Positions 12,451-26,050 of a stretch of DNA of 64,000 bases are shown here, piece after piece. Under the pieces are notes generated by a model, which was not told where the DNA came from, did no database searches, and saw nothing but the letters and a program-made list of their open reading frames with translations. Position numbers and translations under genes: made by a program. Numbering within the stretch: the stretch's first letter is position 1; every line of letters begins with the position of its first letter. The stretch is from positions 7,690,001-7,754,000 of the forward strand of contig CM052832.1 of assembly GCA_028534125.1 (NCBI GenBank), in the 5' to 3' direction. The DNA is from Lama glama (lineage: Eukaryota).

Positions 12451-14509
12451 TGACCGGGCTCTTAATTCCGCACATCCCTGCAGCCCTGTACCCACGCCAT
12501 GGTGCTCAGGTTCTTCTCCAGTCTGTTCCCGCTCACTGCTGTCCTGCCTTGTGGTTCAACTCCATGCTTCATCTGTTTGCTTTCCCTTGACTTTCCAAAG
12601 TCCTCTGAACTTCTTCAACTGTGTTGTTCAACAAAACTCTTTAAGCATTTTTACATTTCGGTACTTCCTGAATCACAATGTCCCTTCAACAGAATAAAAA
12701 ATTTGGCCAACACAAGCAAGAGTTATTATGATGTACTTAGTTTTTCAGTAACATTTTATCAAACTTTTTGATATATTTCATTACTTACTGAAATTTTTCC
12801 CCCCAACTCCAGGTTACCAAATGTTTAAATGCATTTATTTATAATCTCTCATGTTGTGAGGGGTTTTTTTAGACTGGGCACACAGAACTAATTTCTCTTT
12901 TAAAAGCCAGTTTAATGTATAGTTTACATAGAGTAGTTAAGCCCTTTTTAGATGTGTGGTACAATTCAGTGACTTTTGACAAATAAGAACAGTTGTGTAA
13001 CCACCACCATAATCAAGGTACATGAATGCTAGGGCATTCTCTCGTGTTCCTTTGTAACTGATCCCCCACTCATCACTAACTCCTGGCAACTGCTGATCTG
13101 ACTTCTGTCTCTGTAGTTTTACCTTTTCCAGAGTCACATAAAAAATGGAATGATTCCATCTGAATTTGGATGTAAAGTTTTTTCATGTCTGACTCATTTA
13201 GTGTAAAGCTTTTGGGATTCATCCATGTTGTAGTGTGTGTCAGCCGTTGGTTTCGTTGTTGCTGGGTAGTATTCCTTTGTATGGCTACACCATTTGTTTA
13301 TCCTTCATTATTAAGTGGACAACTTGACTGTTCCCAGTTTCTGGCTGCTACAAATAAAGCTTCTAACAACATGGATGGACAGGGCTTTGTGTGGACTTGT
13401 GTTCACTTGTGACAAGTAAACACCTAAGACTGGGATACTGAGTTGTATGGTAAGTGAATACTTAATTTTGTAAAAAAAAAAAAAACAAAACCAGCCAAAG
13501 TGTTTTTCCAAAGTGCTGTGTGTACCATTTGGCACTACCTTCAGAAATGCGAGAATTATAGTTGCTCCGTACCTTTGGCGGCATTTGGTATGATCCCTTC
13601 TGTTGTTTGTTCTGTTTTTTCATTTTAGCCATCCTAACAGGAGGATGGTATCTCACTGGGCTTTTACTGCGCTTTTCTCGTGACTGATCTCAAGCACTTT
13701 ACATGTGCTCATATGCCATCCATGTCTCTTGTTTCTTTGTTAAAGTGTTTGTTCAAATCTTTTGTATGTTTTTTTAAATTGGTTGTCTGATTACAATATG
13801 AGAGTTTTGAATATATTCTAGATACGGAAGTGTGTTTTTCACATATTTTCTCTGACTCTGGAGCTTGGCTTATTGTCTTTGGAAGAGCTGAAGGTTTTAA
13901 TTTTGAAGAAGTTTCACTTATCAATTTTTATTAGTTGATGGATTGTACTTGTTTGTGTCTTATCTAAGAAATCTTGATCTAACCCAAGCTCATGGAGGTT
14001 TTCTCCAGTGTTTCCTTCTTGATATTTTAAATTCCAGTTTCTAACTTTCAGGTATTTGGTTCATTTTGAGTTTGTAACATATAAAAGAACCAAAGTATAA
14101 GGGTTGAGGTTCTTTCTTTCTTCTTTCCTGCATATGGGTGTCAGAATGTCCCAAAACCTTTTGTTAAGAAGACTGCTCTTTCTTCATGAATTACCTTGAC
14201 ACCTTTGTGTAAAAGCAACTGACCATATATGTGTGGATCTGTTTTGCTGCATTGATCTATATGCTTATCTTATCCTTAGACAGTACCTCACTGTCCTGAT
14301 TACTAAAGTGATGAGATCCAATCTTGTGAATCCTTCAGCTATTCTTCTTCAAAGTCTTTTTGTATTCTAGGTTTTTTGATTCTCCATATTTCTACAAAAC
14401 ACTTGGTGGGATTTTGATTGGAATTTCTTTAAATCTGTAGCTCAGATTCAAAGAGAATTGATATCTGTATTAGGCCTTCTAATCAATTTAGGAAGAATTG
14501 ACAACTTAC

Positions 14510-15870
14510 CTGCTACTATGTTGAATAAAAGTAAAGTGAGTGGCATCCTTGTCTTATTCCTGATCTTAGCAGTAAAAAGCTGAAAGCATTTCCTCTAAGT
14601 CTGATATAGGCTCTAAGTTTGTTGTATATGGTCTTTATGTTAAAGTATTTCCCTCCCTCCATACATACCACTTTGTGGAGAGTTTTTTTTGTCATGAAAG
14701 GATGTTGAGTTGAATTTTGTCAAAACCCTCTTCTGTGTATATTGAGATGAAAAGTGAGTATCATATGATCATTCTGTTAATGAGGTGTAGCACACTAACT
14801 GATCTGCCAATATTAAGCCATCCTTGCATCCCTAGGACAAATCCCACCTGATTACGGTATATGACCCCTTTACTGTAGTGTTCAGTTCACTAATATTTTG
14901 TTGAGGATTTTTGCATCTAGGTTCATCAGTGATATTGGCCTGTAACTTACTTTTTTTGTGTGGTGTTTGGTTTTGGTATCAGAGTGATGCTGGCCTCGTA
15001 GAATGAGTTTGCAAGTATTCCTTCCTCTTAAATTTTTTGAAATAGTCCAAGAAGGATAGGTATTAACTCTTAATTTTTGTAATTGAAGTACAGTCAATTA
15101 CAATGTGTCCATTTCTGGTGTACAGTGTCCCCAGTCATGAATATACATACATATATTTGTTTTTGTATTTTTCTTCTTTAAACGTTTGCCATCTGGTCCT
15201 GGACTTTGAATAGTTTAAAAAATTCCCAACAACCAATTTCATTTCTGGTATTCAGTCTGTTCATATTTTCTGTTGCTTCCTGATTCAGTCTTGGGAGATT
15301 TTACATTTCTAGGAATTTATCCATTTCGTTTAGGTTGCCCATTTTATTGGATTATAATTGTTCATAGTTATCTTTTATGATCTTTTTTTATTTCTGTGGT
15401 GTCAGTTGTAACTTCTTTCATTTCTGACTTCTCTGGGCATCTTTTTCTCTTGAGTCTGGCTAACGGTTTATCAGTCTTGTTTATCTTTTCAAAGAACTGG
15501 CTGTTATTTTATTGATCTTTCCTATTTTTTTAAGTCTCTATTTTCCTTATTTCTGCTTTGATCTTTATTATTTCTTCTGCTAACTTTGCGTTTTGTTTCT
15601 TCTTCTTTTTCTAGTTCCTGTAGGTGTAAGTTTAGATTGTTTATTTGAGATGTTTCTTGTTTCCTAAGGTAGGCTTGTATTCCTATAAACTTCCCTCAGA
15701 ACTGCTTCCACTGTGTCCCATAGGTTTTGGATCATTGTGTTTCCATTTTCATTTGTCCCCTGGTATTTTTTAATTTTCTCTTGGATTTCTTCAGTCACCC
15801 CTTGGTTGTTTAGTAGCATATTGTTTAGCCTCTACATGTTTGTGTTTTTTGCATTTTGTTTATAGTTGTA
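14510..15870 (-). mobile_element. Second L1 ORF2 fragment nested in the older L1
   Basis: Encodes [20 protein letters not shown]; the same ORF2 segment recurs in more diverged form at ~15880-16100. Confidence 0.75.
15075..15175 (-). mobile_element. Short camelid L1 3' tip insertion
   Basis: 'aattgaagtacagtcaattacaatgtgtccatttctggtgtacag...ccagtcat' is the reverse complement of the L1 terminus at ~37915-38015. Confidence 0.85.
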
Positions 15871-17659
15871 CATTGATTTTTATTTGTTGAATTAGCCTTC
15901 TGTTACTGGGATAAATGCCACCTGGTCATGATGTATTAATCCTGTTACATTTTGCTGGACCTGATTTGCTAATATTTTGTTAAGTATTTTTGCTTCTGTG
16001 TTCATAAAAGATCCTGATCTGGAGTTTCCTTGTAATGTCTTTTTTCTGGTTTTTTGATCAGATAATGCTGGCCTTATAAAATGAGTAGGATATTACTCTT
16101 TATTTTCTGGGTTTCTACAGAATTAGTATTATTTCTTTCTTTTCAATTCAGTAGAACTCACCAGTGAGGCTATCAGGGACTGAAGTTTTTCTTTGTGACA
16201 AAGTTTTAAGCTACAAATAACTTTAGATATAAGGCTATTTTGGTTATCTATTTCTCTTGAGAGAACTTTGGTAGTTTGCCTTTCAAGGTATGTGTCCTTC
16301 ATCTATATTAGCAAATTTAGTGGCATAACATTGTTCATCAAATTCCCTTATTCTTTACATGTCTGTAGGATGTGCATTGACGCTTCTCATTTTAATTACT
16401 AATATTGGCAATTTGTCTCTTCTTTTCTTCTCAGTCTGAAAAACCACTACAATTGACAAGCTGTCAAAGACTCAGTCTTTTATTGATTTTTTTTCCTGTT
16501 TTCAGTATCAGTCTGCTTTTATCTTTATTATTTCCTTCCTTCTACTTACTTTGGATGAATTCACTTTTTTCCTTTGATTTGAGAGCTCTCTCTTCTGTCG
16601 GCATTCTGATGCTATCTGTTTCCCTCTAAGCACTGCTTCAGCTATACCTCGAAAGCTTTGATGTGTTGTGTTTTCATTTTCATTCAACTAAAGACATTTT
16701 CTAATTTACTTTCTGATTTTCTCTTTGACCCATGGCTCATTTAGAAATCTGTTAATCTAGAATATTCTCAAATATTTGGAAACTAATTATCTTCCTGTTA
16801 TTAAATTTTAATTTTATAGTAGAAAACATACTTTGTATGATTATAGTTCTTTTAGGTTTCTTAAGGTTTGTTATACGGCCCAGAATACGTGTGTGTGCAC
16901 TTGCAAACGTGTGTTTTGCTGTGTTCAGTGTAGCGTTCTGTAAATGAAATAGGTTGAGCTGGTTGATCGTGTTGTGTTGTTCAGTTCTGCTGTATACTTA
17001 ACTGATTTTCTACTTTTTAAAAAATCAGTTACTGAGAGAAGAGTGTTGAAGTTGTCAACTAAATTTGTTACTTTGTCTATTTCTCTTACAAATTTTGTTT
17101 TTGCTCAGTCTGTTTGAAGTTCTGTTCTCAGTTGCATACACATTTTGAAATATGTTGTCTTGATTAATTGTCCCCTTTAGCATTATGTAATGTCCCTCTT
17201 TATCCCAGCAGTATTTCATGCTCTGAAGTCTACTTGGTCTGATACTAAGGAATCCACTTCGCCTTTCTTTTGATTAGTGTTTGTGTGTTCTATGTTTTAA
17301 CAAACACCCTTTTACTTTTATTAACTTATTTTTTTATGTTTAAAGTGTCCTTCTCATTGACAGCCCAAAATTGGTTCTTGATTTTCTTTGCCCACTTTTA
17401 CAGTCTGCTTTTTCATTGAGGTGTATAGACTGTTTACACTTAATGTAGTTACTGATATGCTTGCATGTAGATCTAGTCTTGGCCTCATCACACCTTTGTT
17501 ACATACTAATTTATGTCCCTTTATTTTTATCATTTTAACTCAACTTGTTTTGTTTGCAAACAAAAATATAGAAGACTTGGAAAAACACAAAGAATACAGT
17601 TAGAATTATCCACAGCCCTTCAACATTGAGGCTAAACATTACTGACATTTTAATACACA

Positions 17660-18066
17660 AATGTGTATTAAAGTGTGTAGCACACACTTTCAGGTGTACA
17701 ACATAGTGAACACAAATTTTATTTAAAGATTTCATTTCTAGTTATTATAAAATATTGGGTATATTCCCTGTGCTGTATGTTGTATCCTTGTAGCTTATTT
17801 ATTTTATACATAGTAGTTTGTGCCTCTTAATTCCCTGCCCCCATCTTGCCCCGTTCCCCTTCCCTCTCCCTGCTCATAACCACTAATTTGTTCTCCGTGA
17901 GTCTGTTTCTTTTTTCTTATATTAACTAGTTTGTCTTATTTTTCAGATTCTACATGTAAGTGACAACACACAGTATTTATCTTTCTCTGACTTATTTCAC
18001 TTAATATTCTCCAAGTCAATCTGTTGTTGCAAATGGCAAAATTCCATTTTTAATGGCCAAGTATAG

Positions 18067-18104
<38 letters not shown>

Positions 18105-18232
18105 TCTTTATCCATTCATCTGTTGAAGGACACTTAGGTTATCTCCATATCTTGACAACTGTAAATAATGCTGCTATAAACATTGGGGTACATTATCTTT
18201 TCAAATTAGTGTTTTTATTTTCTTCAGATGTA
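17660..18232 (-). mobile_element. L1 3' UTR fragment (L1MA-type) nested in the older L1
   Basis: 'caggtgtacaacatagtga...atattccctgtgctgtatg...tccattcatctgttgaaggacacttaggtt'. Confidence 0.85.
18070..18101 (+). repeat. (CA)16 microsatellite
   Basis: Directly visible. Confidence 0.98.
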
Positions 18233-18570
18233 TCCAGTTTCTCTCTTGGAGTTTGTAGAACTAATTTAATCTGTGGCTTAATGAAAGATGTTAACTTTAA
18301 CATCCTCAGCCACTTTTCTTCAAATATTCATCTTCTAGGATATTAATTATATATATGTCAGATTTTTTCACCACGGGCAATGTGTCTCCTCTGCTCTCTT
18401 CAGAATCTCCCATCTCTTTTTCTCTCTGCTTCTAACTGGATACTTTCTACTGACCCATCTTTTCTTTATTCATCTTCTCTTTTGCTGCATCTCAAATTCT
18501 ATGAAGCCCATCTACTCAACTTTTAATTTCAGGGTTTCTTTTTAGTTATACATTCACCATTAGATTCTTT

Positions 18571-18688
18571 CTGGTGGGGGGAGGTAATGAGGTTTTATTT
18601 ATTTATTCTTAGAGGAGGTAGTGGGGATTGAACCCAGAACCTCATGCATACGAAGCACGCACTCTACCACTTGAGCTATACCCTCCCC
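18571..18688 (-). mobile_element. Vic-1-type tRNA-Ala-derived camelid SINE with TSD
   Basis: Reverse complement reads GGGGAGGGTATAGCTCAAGTGGTAGAGTGCGTGCTT...GGGTTCAATCCCC; TSD accattagattcttt (18556-18570) / accatttgattcttt (18689-18703). Confidence 0.93.
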
Positions 18689-19469
18689 ACCATTTGATTC
18701 TTTTTGAAAAAGCATTTGTTTAATCTCCTTTCTGATTATCCCAGTGTCTGGATTGTTTATAGATCTGCTTCTGTAAGTCTGGGTTTTTTCCCTCTTGGTT
18801 TTCAGTTACTTTTTTCTGTAACCTGCTATGCCTAGGAGTTTTTTGTTTTTGTTTTTTACTGAATATCAGACACTGTATATGAAAAAGTATAGAATCTCTG
18901 GACAATGACTTCCTCCAGAGAGGATTCAATCTTCTGACAGGCAGATGGGGGTGAGGGGTGTGATGAGATCAACGTTGATCTATTTCTGCTTTGCCCCTAT
19001 TCCTAGAAAGTATCCCTAGGGTCTCAGCTGAGAGTCTGTGGTGTTTACCAGACCCTTCAACCTTGGTGAGCCCTGAAATCCAGTCTCTGACTCCCTGGGC
19101 CCAAGATGGATGAAATTTCTGCTTACCTCGTTAGCCCCCAGCTTCTACTCTCACCCCACACAGGTGCAGCTTTGGAGCTGACATACATTTCAAGGGGAAA
19201 CTGCATGTAGAATTATAGGCTCACTTCTCTGCAGTTTCCTCCTGTCTGCGTTTCGGTCCCTCAGCTCCCTTGGCAGCCCCAACTTCCAGCCTCTGCCTCT
19301 CCAGCCCAGTGAGACTGCCGCAAGCCCTCGACCACTGCTTCCTGTGTGGCTTCTCTTACTCTCACATTTAATTGGCAAATTCCCTCAAGAAAAAAATGAA
19401 CTTTCCTCTTCAATTTCTTAGTCTCTCAAACCCTGACTACCTTGGCTTTTTTCTGATGCCTCAGATAAC

Positions 19470-20021
19470 GTGTGGCCTCCCGAGGATGTCCACATCCAAA
19501 CCCCTAGAAGCTGTGAATGTGTCATGTTACATAACAAAAGGGAATTAAAGTTGCAGATGGAATTAAGGTCGCTGATCAACTGACTTTATCTTACAGAGAT
19601 TATCCTAGATGACCCAGGTAGGCCCAGTCTAATCACGTGAGCTCTTAAAAGCAGAAGGAGGAGGCAGAAAAGTGGGGAAGATAGATATGACACCTTCTTG
19701 AGAAGGACTCGACGCTGCTGGCTTTGAAGATGGACTAAGGGTGCCATGAGCCAAGGAATGTGGTGGCTCTAGAATGGCCCTCACAGTCAGCAAGGTAACT
19801 GGGATCTGTCCTACAGCCAAGGGACTGAGAACTTGCAACCAGCTGAGCGGGAAGTGGTTCTCCCCTGCAATCTCCAAAAGGCAGCACACCTGCCAACACC
19901 TTGATTTTAGTCCCTAAGACCCAAACCAGGCCTCTGACCTGCACAATTGTCAGATAATGCAGCTGTGCTGTTTAAGCCTCTAAAGCTGTGATTTGGAACA
20001 GCAGCACAGAAAACTACTACA
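19470..20021 (+). mobile_element. MaLR solo LTR (MLT1D-like)
   Basis: 'ggaattaaggtcgctgatcaactgac...gagattatcctagatgacccaggtaggcccagtctaatcac...acagcagcacagaaaactactaca'. Confidence 0.88.
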
Positions 20022-20689
20022 CAGTTTTGCATTTGTCTAGCTTTTATAACTGTTCTCAGGTCAAGGATCAGTCTCTCATCTCTTGATGTACCAGAGTCAG
20101 AATCACTGTGTGTTATGGGATAAAGATGTTCTTACAGGAATCGGATCTTGCAGAGCTGTGGGAGGACTGGGGAAAGTGAAAACCTAGGGAGGAAGCTGGA
20201 GGATCAGAGAAAAAGTCACCAACCCGCCAATTTAAGCAGCAAAGCACAACCACCTGCCAAAAGCAGCTGCAAAGTGATGGCTCATAGGAAGCTGTGCTTC
20301 TGTAGAACTGGCACCTCTGTGGGTCCATTTCCCTGTGTCCAGCAGTGAGCCTGGAGGTAGGCAGACGGGGTCCTCAGTCAGGAAGAAGAGCTGAATGTAC
20401 AGTGGAGGAAAGCAGGGACAAGCCAGAGCTGCAGCCCTTCTGTGTCTCTGCAGCTGCATCCAACCACAGTGACCATCAAAGGGCACTGACTGCTTCACTT
20501 CCACCTTCCTAATCTTGCGTAAGTTTCTCTTTCGGCCAATTCTAATTCAGAACCATGTAGGGAAAGGGATTTTAGAAAAGCAGTTTCCTTTTCAGCAAGT
20601 TGACACAGTACCAATGACCAGTCTGCCCTTTGTCAATGTGACACTCATGTGTACCTCTTTTAATCATACTGTAAAATCTCCCAAATAAT

Positions 20690-21215
20690 AGCAAATGCTT
20701 CCAACTAGCATGATGCATGCCAGCCCTGTCCTCCAAAAGGGATATGAATACCTTTGTGGTCTTCCTCCCAAAAACCCTTAACCTGAATCTAATCATGAGA
20801 AAAGCACTGAACAAAAATCTCCGTTGAGGGACATTCTATAAAATACCCGACCAGCACTCCTCAAAACCATCAAGGTCACCAGAAACAAGGACGTTCGAGA
20901 AACTGTCATGGCCAAGAGGAGCCTGAGGAGACCTGGCATAAATAAATGTAATGTGCTATCCTGCATGAGATTCTGGGACAGGAAAGGGACATTAGGTAAA
21001 AACTAAGGAAATCTGAATATAAGTGTGGGCTGTCGTGTATAATGACATACCGAAGCTGGTTCTTAATTGTAACTAAGGTAATAACGTAATATACATACTA
21101 ATGTAAAATATTAGTAAAAGGAGAAACTAGATATGGAGCATATGGGAACTTTGTATTATCACTGCACATTTTTCATAAATGTAAAACTATTCTAAAATAA
21201 GTCTTTTTTTAAAAA
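20690..21215 (+). mobile_element. L1MC-type 3' end
   Basis: 'aacctgaatctaatcatgagaaaagcac...aaatgtaatgtgctatcctg...tgtaaaactattctaaaataa'. Confidence 0.75.
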
Positions 21216-21559
21216 GATATAAAGTCCCATGTGAAATCCATTTTTTGTTCTTTTCCTCTTGAGTTATATTCTCTCTTTAACATCTGTAGCTTAAGCGCTG
21301 AGCTGCATGGTCACCGCTGTTAGTACCTGATAACGGGACAGGAGAGGGAAAGTAAAGGAAAAGAACTGTTTACCACCCAGACAGACACACTGTTCAAGTG
21401 GAAGAGGTACTCAAGACTACTCCTGTCCTCAGTCCTGTAGCTGTCCAAGGGTCATGGCTAGTGTTTGTGACACTTCTTCCACTGGCCAGTTCACATTCCC
21501 TTAGTCCTCAACAAACACCTCAGCTCATATGGTTCCTTGCTTAACGGGATGATGCCGTT

Positions 21560-22915
21560 TGTGATCTTTGGCTTTATAACAAGTCACCCCAAAACTTAGT
21601 GGCTTAAAACAACAGTGATTTATTATTCAAGATTCTGGGGGTCAGGGATTCAGGCAGGCCTTGACTAGATAGTTCTGCTCCACATGGCATCATCTGGTAG
21701 TTTGTCTGCTGCATTTAGCAGGCAGCTGAACTGGACCAGAAGATCAAAAAGGCTCTGCTCATCAATGTGGAGATTTGGAGACTCAGAGCGCCACATGATC
21801 TCTCTTTTGGCTTGTGACAAGCTTTGGCTTCCTCACAGCATGGTAGTTTTTTAAGAGTAGTTGGATTTAATAGGCAGCTGGCTTCATAATGATGGCCAAG
21901 AGGCACATGGAAAGATGCTCAACATTGCTAACTAGTAGAGAAATGCAAATCAAAACCAAAATGAGGTATCACCTTGCACGGGTCAGAATGGCCATCATCA
22001 AAAAATCTAAGAAGAATAAATGCTGGAAGGGATGTGGAGAAAAGGGAACCTTCATATACTGTTGATGGGGATGTAAATTGGTGCAGCCACTATGGAAAAC
22101 AGGAGGTTCCTTAAAAAAACTAAAATTAAAACTACCATATAATCTATCAGTTCCACTCCTGAGTATATATGAAAGTGAAAAATGAAACACTAATTGGAAA
22201 AGATGCATACAACCCAAGTGCCCATCAACAGATGACTGGATAAAGATGATGTGGTATATACACACAATGGACATAAATTATCCATAAAAAAGAATGAAAT
22301 CATGCCACTTGCAGCAACATGAATGGATCTAGGAATTATCGTACTAAGTAAATCAGACTGAGAAAGCCAAATATATACCACTTATAGGTGGAATCTGAAA
22401 AATGACACAAAGGAACTTATTTACAAAACAGAAACAGACTCACAGACATAAAAACAAACTTACGGTTACCAAAGGGGAAGGGGAGGGAGGGAAGAGACAA
22501 ATCAGGAGTATGGGGTTAACAGATACCAACTACTACTCATTAAATAGATAAGCAACAAGGATTTACTGTATGGCACAAGGAACTATACTCAACATCTTAT
22601 AATCTATAATGGATGTATATATGTGTGTGAGTGTATATACACATATATGCACTGAATCATGTTGCTGTACACCTGAAACTGACACAATATTGTAAGTCAA
22701 CTATACTTCAATTAAAAAAAAAGGCAACCAACTTCCAAAAAGGATGAAACGGAAACTGCCAGGCCTCTTAAGGTGTGGCTCTGAAGTTCCACAACATCAC
22801 TTCCGCTGTATTTTGCAGTCAAAACTAATCACAAGACCAGTCCAGATTAAAGGGGATGAAGATAGATTCGACCACTTGCTAAGAGGAGCAGCAAAGAATT
22901 TGTGCCCAGGTGCAA
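21560..22915 (-). mobile_element. MLT1-type MaLR LTR split by an L1 insertion
   Basis: 'aacaagtcaccccaaaacttagtggcttaaaacaac' at ~21580; continuation 'catcacttccgctgtattttg...aatcacaagaccagtccagatt' after 22722. Confidence 0.75.
21886..22721 (+). mobile_element. 5'-truncated L1 (ORF2 end, 3' UTR, poly-A) inserted in the MLT1 LTR
   Basis: 'gagaaatgcaaatcaaaacc...tgtaagtcaactatacttcaattaaaaaaaa'; degenerate TSD aggcagctggcttc / aggcaaccaacttc. Confidence 0.92.
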
Positions 22916-25534
22916 TCTGCCAAACTGGTTGTGGAAATCTGTTTATTTCCTTTAAGGCAAATTCTCAGAACATGAATTGCTCCATGGAAGGTATTCCTCA
23001 TTTTAAAAAACTTGACAGTTATCCAAATGACCTTGGGTCCAATTGGGTTTTTCCAGTTTGCATCCTCATTAACAATCAGTGTCTCTGTGCCTTCACCAAC
23101 ATGAGCTATCACTACCCTTCTCAGTCTTTTCCAGTTTAAAGGTGAAGTTCTGACCACTGCATTTATCTGCATCTTTGAATACCATTGAGGTTGAATGTGT
23201 TTATTGGCCTTGTGTAGATACTTTTTTTGAACTCCCTAATCTTGTACTTTGCCCATTCTTTTCTTGGGCTATTCCTGGTTTAAGTGTTGATGTTGGTCTG
23301 AAATCTCGGTTATTAAAGTTCAATTGACCTCAGACAACCCTACTAGGTTTCTGAATGTTATGAACTACTCTTGCCCAAAATAATTATCTTCATTTCCATT
23401 CGTTTATTTTTTATTTCCCTAGATCGTATCACCTTTTTCAGTCCTTTCTCTTCTTAGGTTCACAATATTAGAACTCCAAAAATCACCTCATTTTTCAGTT
23501 GAGACTATTGACGCCAAAAGAGGAAAGGGTCTCGTCCTTTCTGACCGTGGGGAGTCCTACTCAGTTTAGACCCACAGGACCACGCTTTCGGCCTCTAGTC
23601 AAAATTACACCAACAATGCATTTAGCACCTTTCACCACAAGGGTTGTGTCCTTGTGTCTGGCACTAAGAAATTCAGTTTATCCATAACTTTTGCCTCATG
23701 AATAACTTGGATCCTGAATTCCCCCTGCCCCTCCTTGGCTGTGTGGCATTTTATAAACTGCTTTAACTTTGGGGCCTTGAATTCCCCACGTGTTCAGTGG
23801 GAACACTGAACTTCTCGATGACTCTAGGCATAGGTTTTACTCTTGAAGTCTGTTGTTTAAGAGGGCGTTAGAGAGAATGGATTAGGGGAAACCAGCATAG
23901 GTGGAAGTCACCTTTAAGAAATCTATTTCAGCCTGGAATGTCTAATTTTGAAGGGAACCTAATCGAAGCCTTTTTAAAATAGTTTTTAATTATAGGCTTA
24001 AAATTTTGTGTTATTTGTAATACCTTTTTAGAAGCCTGAAAATAGCATTTCTCTGTGTACCAGCTTTGTGCTTTTCCAGTTGGTAAACACTGATTTTATT
24101 TCTTTCTCTGTCTGTAGGAATAAACCAAGCCAGCTCAGTACTTCCTGTTGACCTCCTGTTCACATGTATCATGGCTGGGGACAGGTCTGCTCTCAAAATA
24201 AGCTTCCTTGGTTTAATTCTGCATTTCCTGGTTAGGCAACTAGCCTGCAACACTTGAACAATGAAATAATTTGGCTCCTGAAGCCTCGTTCTGACACTCC
24301 CCCTTCAAATTGTCAGTGGAAAGGAAAGTCATTTAATGTCATAGCAGGGAGAATAGTAGTTTTCATATTTAAATGGGCCCCATCACATGGTACCTCTCAT
24401 TTGAGACTATCAAAGCATGTCCAACTCATAAACTTGGGAGTGTGTGACCTGGACAAACAGAAAGACAGTAAATAACCTGATTTCCTCTGGAGATTCTCAG
24501 TGCTCTAAATATCTACTTTTTAAGGAGGAAAATTGAGTTTTATGTGTATTGAGTGACTAAAGGGTAAGCTTAGAAATATTTTACGTTTCCATCCTAGTTT
24601 ATTCTGCTTAGCATAAATCATCAGGGCCAACCATAACTTACCAAGCACTGGGGCTTTTCCAGTTGTATTACACTTTTCAGTTGTATTACACTCTCGTCAC
24701 GCACACCTTCGTACAAGTCCCTCCAGGTCAATAGTTTAGAAATTCTGCCTCTTCCGTCCCCTTCTGCACTCAGCACTTAAGGAGATATATGCTAATTGGA
24801 ACAGAAGCAGCCTGCCCAACTAACAGGGTTAGACCACTCTTAACACAAGATTAATGAGATAGAAGTTTAGGGAAAAAATAACATTTCTCAAGCATTCAGA
24901 GTGTAGATGCCAAGTAAAAGCCAACAGCTCTCCTGGATCAGTCAAATCCCAAGCTTTGCTTCCCCTCAACTTCACTCAGGAGTTAAGAAAAGGAAATCCT
25001 GTGCGCCCAGCGTTGCCCCGGCATGGTCGCCCCCCTCCGGCTCCCCCATCTCCCCTGAGGCCGCAGCTCAGCCGTGGACTGTGGGCTCGCGGCTGACTCT
25101 ACACGCCGTTTCCCGACGTGGCGCGGAAGCAGGAGTGACGAGGCACGGACTGCACAGGTGCCACCTGTATTCACGACCAGCCTTTGGAGGCGTGAGATTT
25201 TTGTCCATAAAGGAGGGCATTTAGAGACCATGGATATTTAAAATCACAGATACTGGCAAGAAGTCTGAAATATCCTACATTGTTAATGTGCGATTGAACC
25301 GTGGGTTAAAAGACACCTAGGTTATCAGAGGCTCAGAGAACAGAGTTTGCTCAGAGGGAGACAAGCCTAAGAATCTTATAAACTTGCCAAGACTGTGACG
25401 GGCACCACTGGGGATGAGGGGGCTGATTTCCACCTCTTTCGGGATCCAGAGGGAGCCTTCACCTCTGGATACTCAGCTCTTTATCAGCACTCTAAATTCT
25501 TCCAAATGGACCAATCACACTGGAAATACATTTT

Positions 25535-26050
25535 ATACATTTAAAAAGTGATTATTCGTTCACACCTAGTACTCAGATCTTTGTTTCTAAGTATTCTCCA
25601 CTGGTATTCAGGCCCCTTGGAGAAACAGCTCATTCCAGGACTGGGGCAGGAAAAGATGCCTTGAAAAATGAGCCGGGAACATCTTAATTTGCCAGAAAAT
25701 AAGGAATATTGCTCAAAGAACCACAGGGACATGTCAAAAATGGGAGCTTGAAGAGGCTCCCACTGGCTAAATCTGGGGAAATTTGATGATAATAATGAGT
25801 TATCACCCCAAAAATAAAATAGCTTTCAGTACACCATAAATAAGCAAGTCAACAGAGGAGGAAGCGAAAGCTCTTCTTTGCCATGGAATGCCAGCTAATA
25901 AACACTGGGGGAATCATGGCATTAACAGATCACCAGTGAGGGAAAGACTGACAAGGAGCAGAAGTTTACAGTCTCATTTATCTCCCAGCAAATTACTTCC
26001 TAGTTACAAAGGAAAACTAGTAACAGAGAAAATCTGCTGCTCTTTCAATT
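25535..26050 (+). mobile_element. L1MC4/5-like 3' fragment
   Basis: 'cacctagtactcagatctttgtttctaagtattctcc...gaagaggctcccactggc...catggaatgccagctaataaa'. Confidence 0.6.

Larger units (their letters stand above)
12900..20105 (-). mobile_element. Large old L1 (L1MB/L1MC-like), internally deleted, hosting nested younger elements
   Basis: Reverse-complement L1M 3' UTR at 12900-13700; ORF2 remnants (MRYHPPVRMAKMKK; KLKPSALPKTI) through ~17480; ORF1/5' region remnants at 18240-19460 and 20025-20105. Confidence 0.8.
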
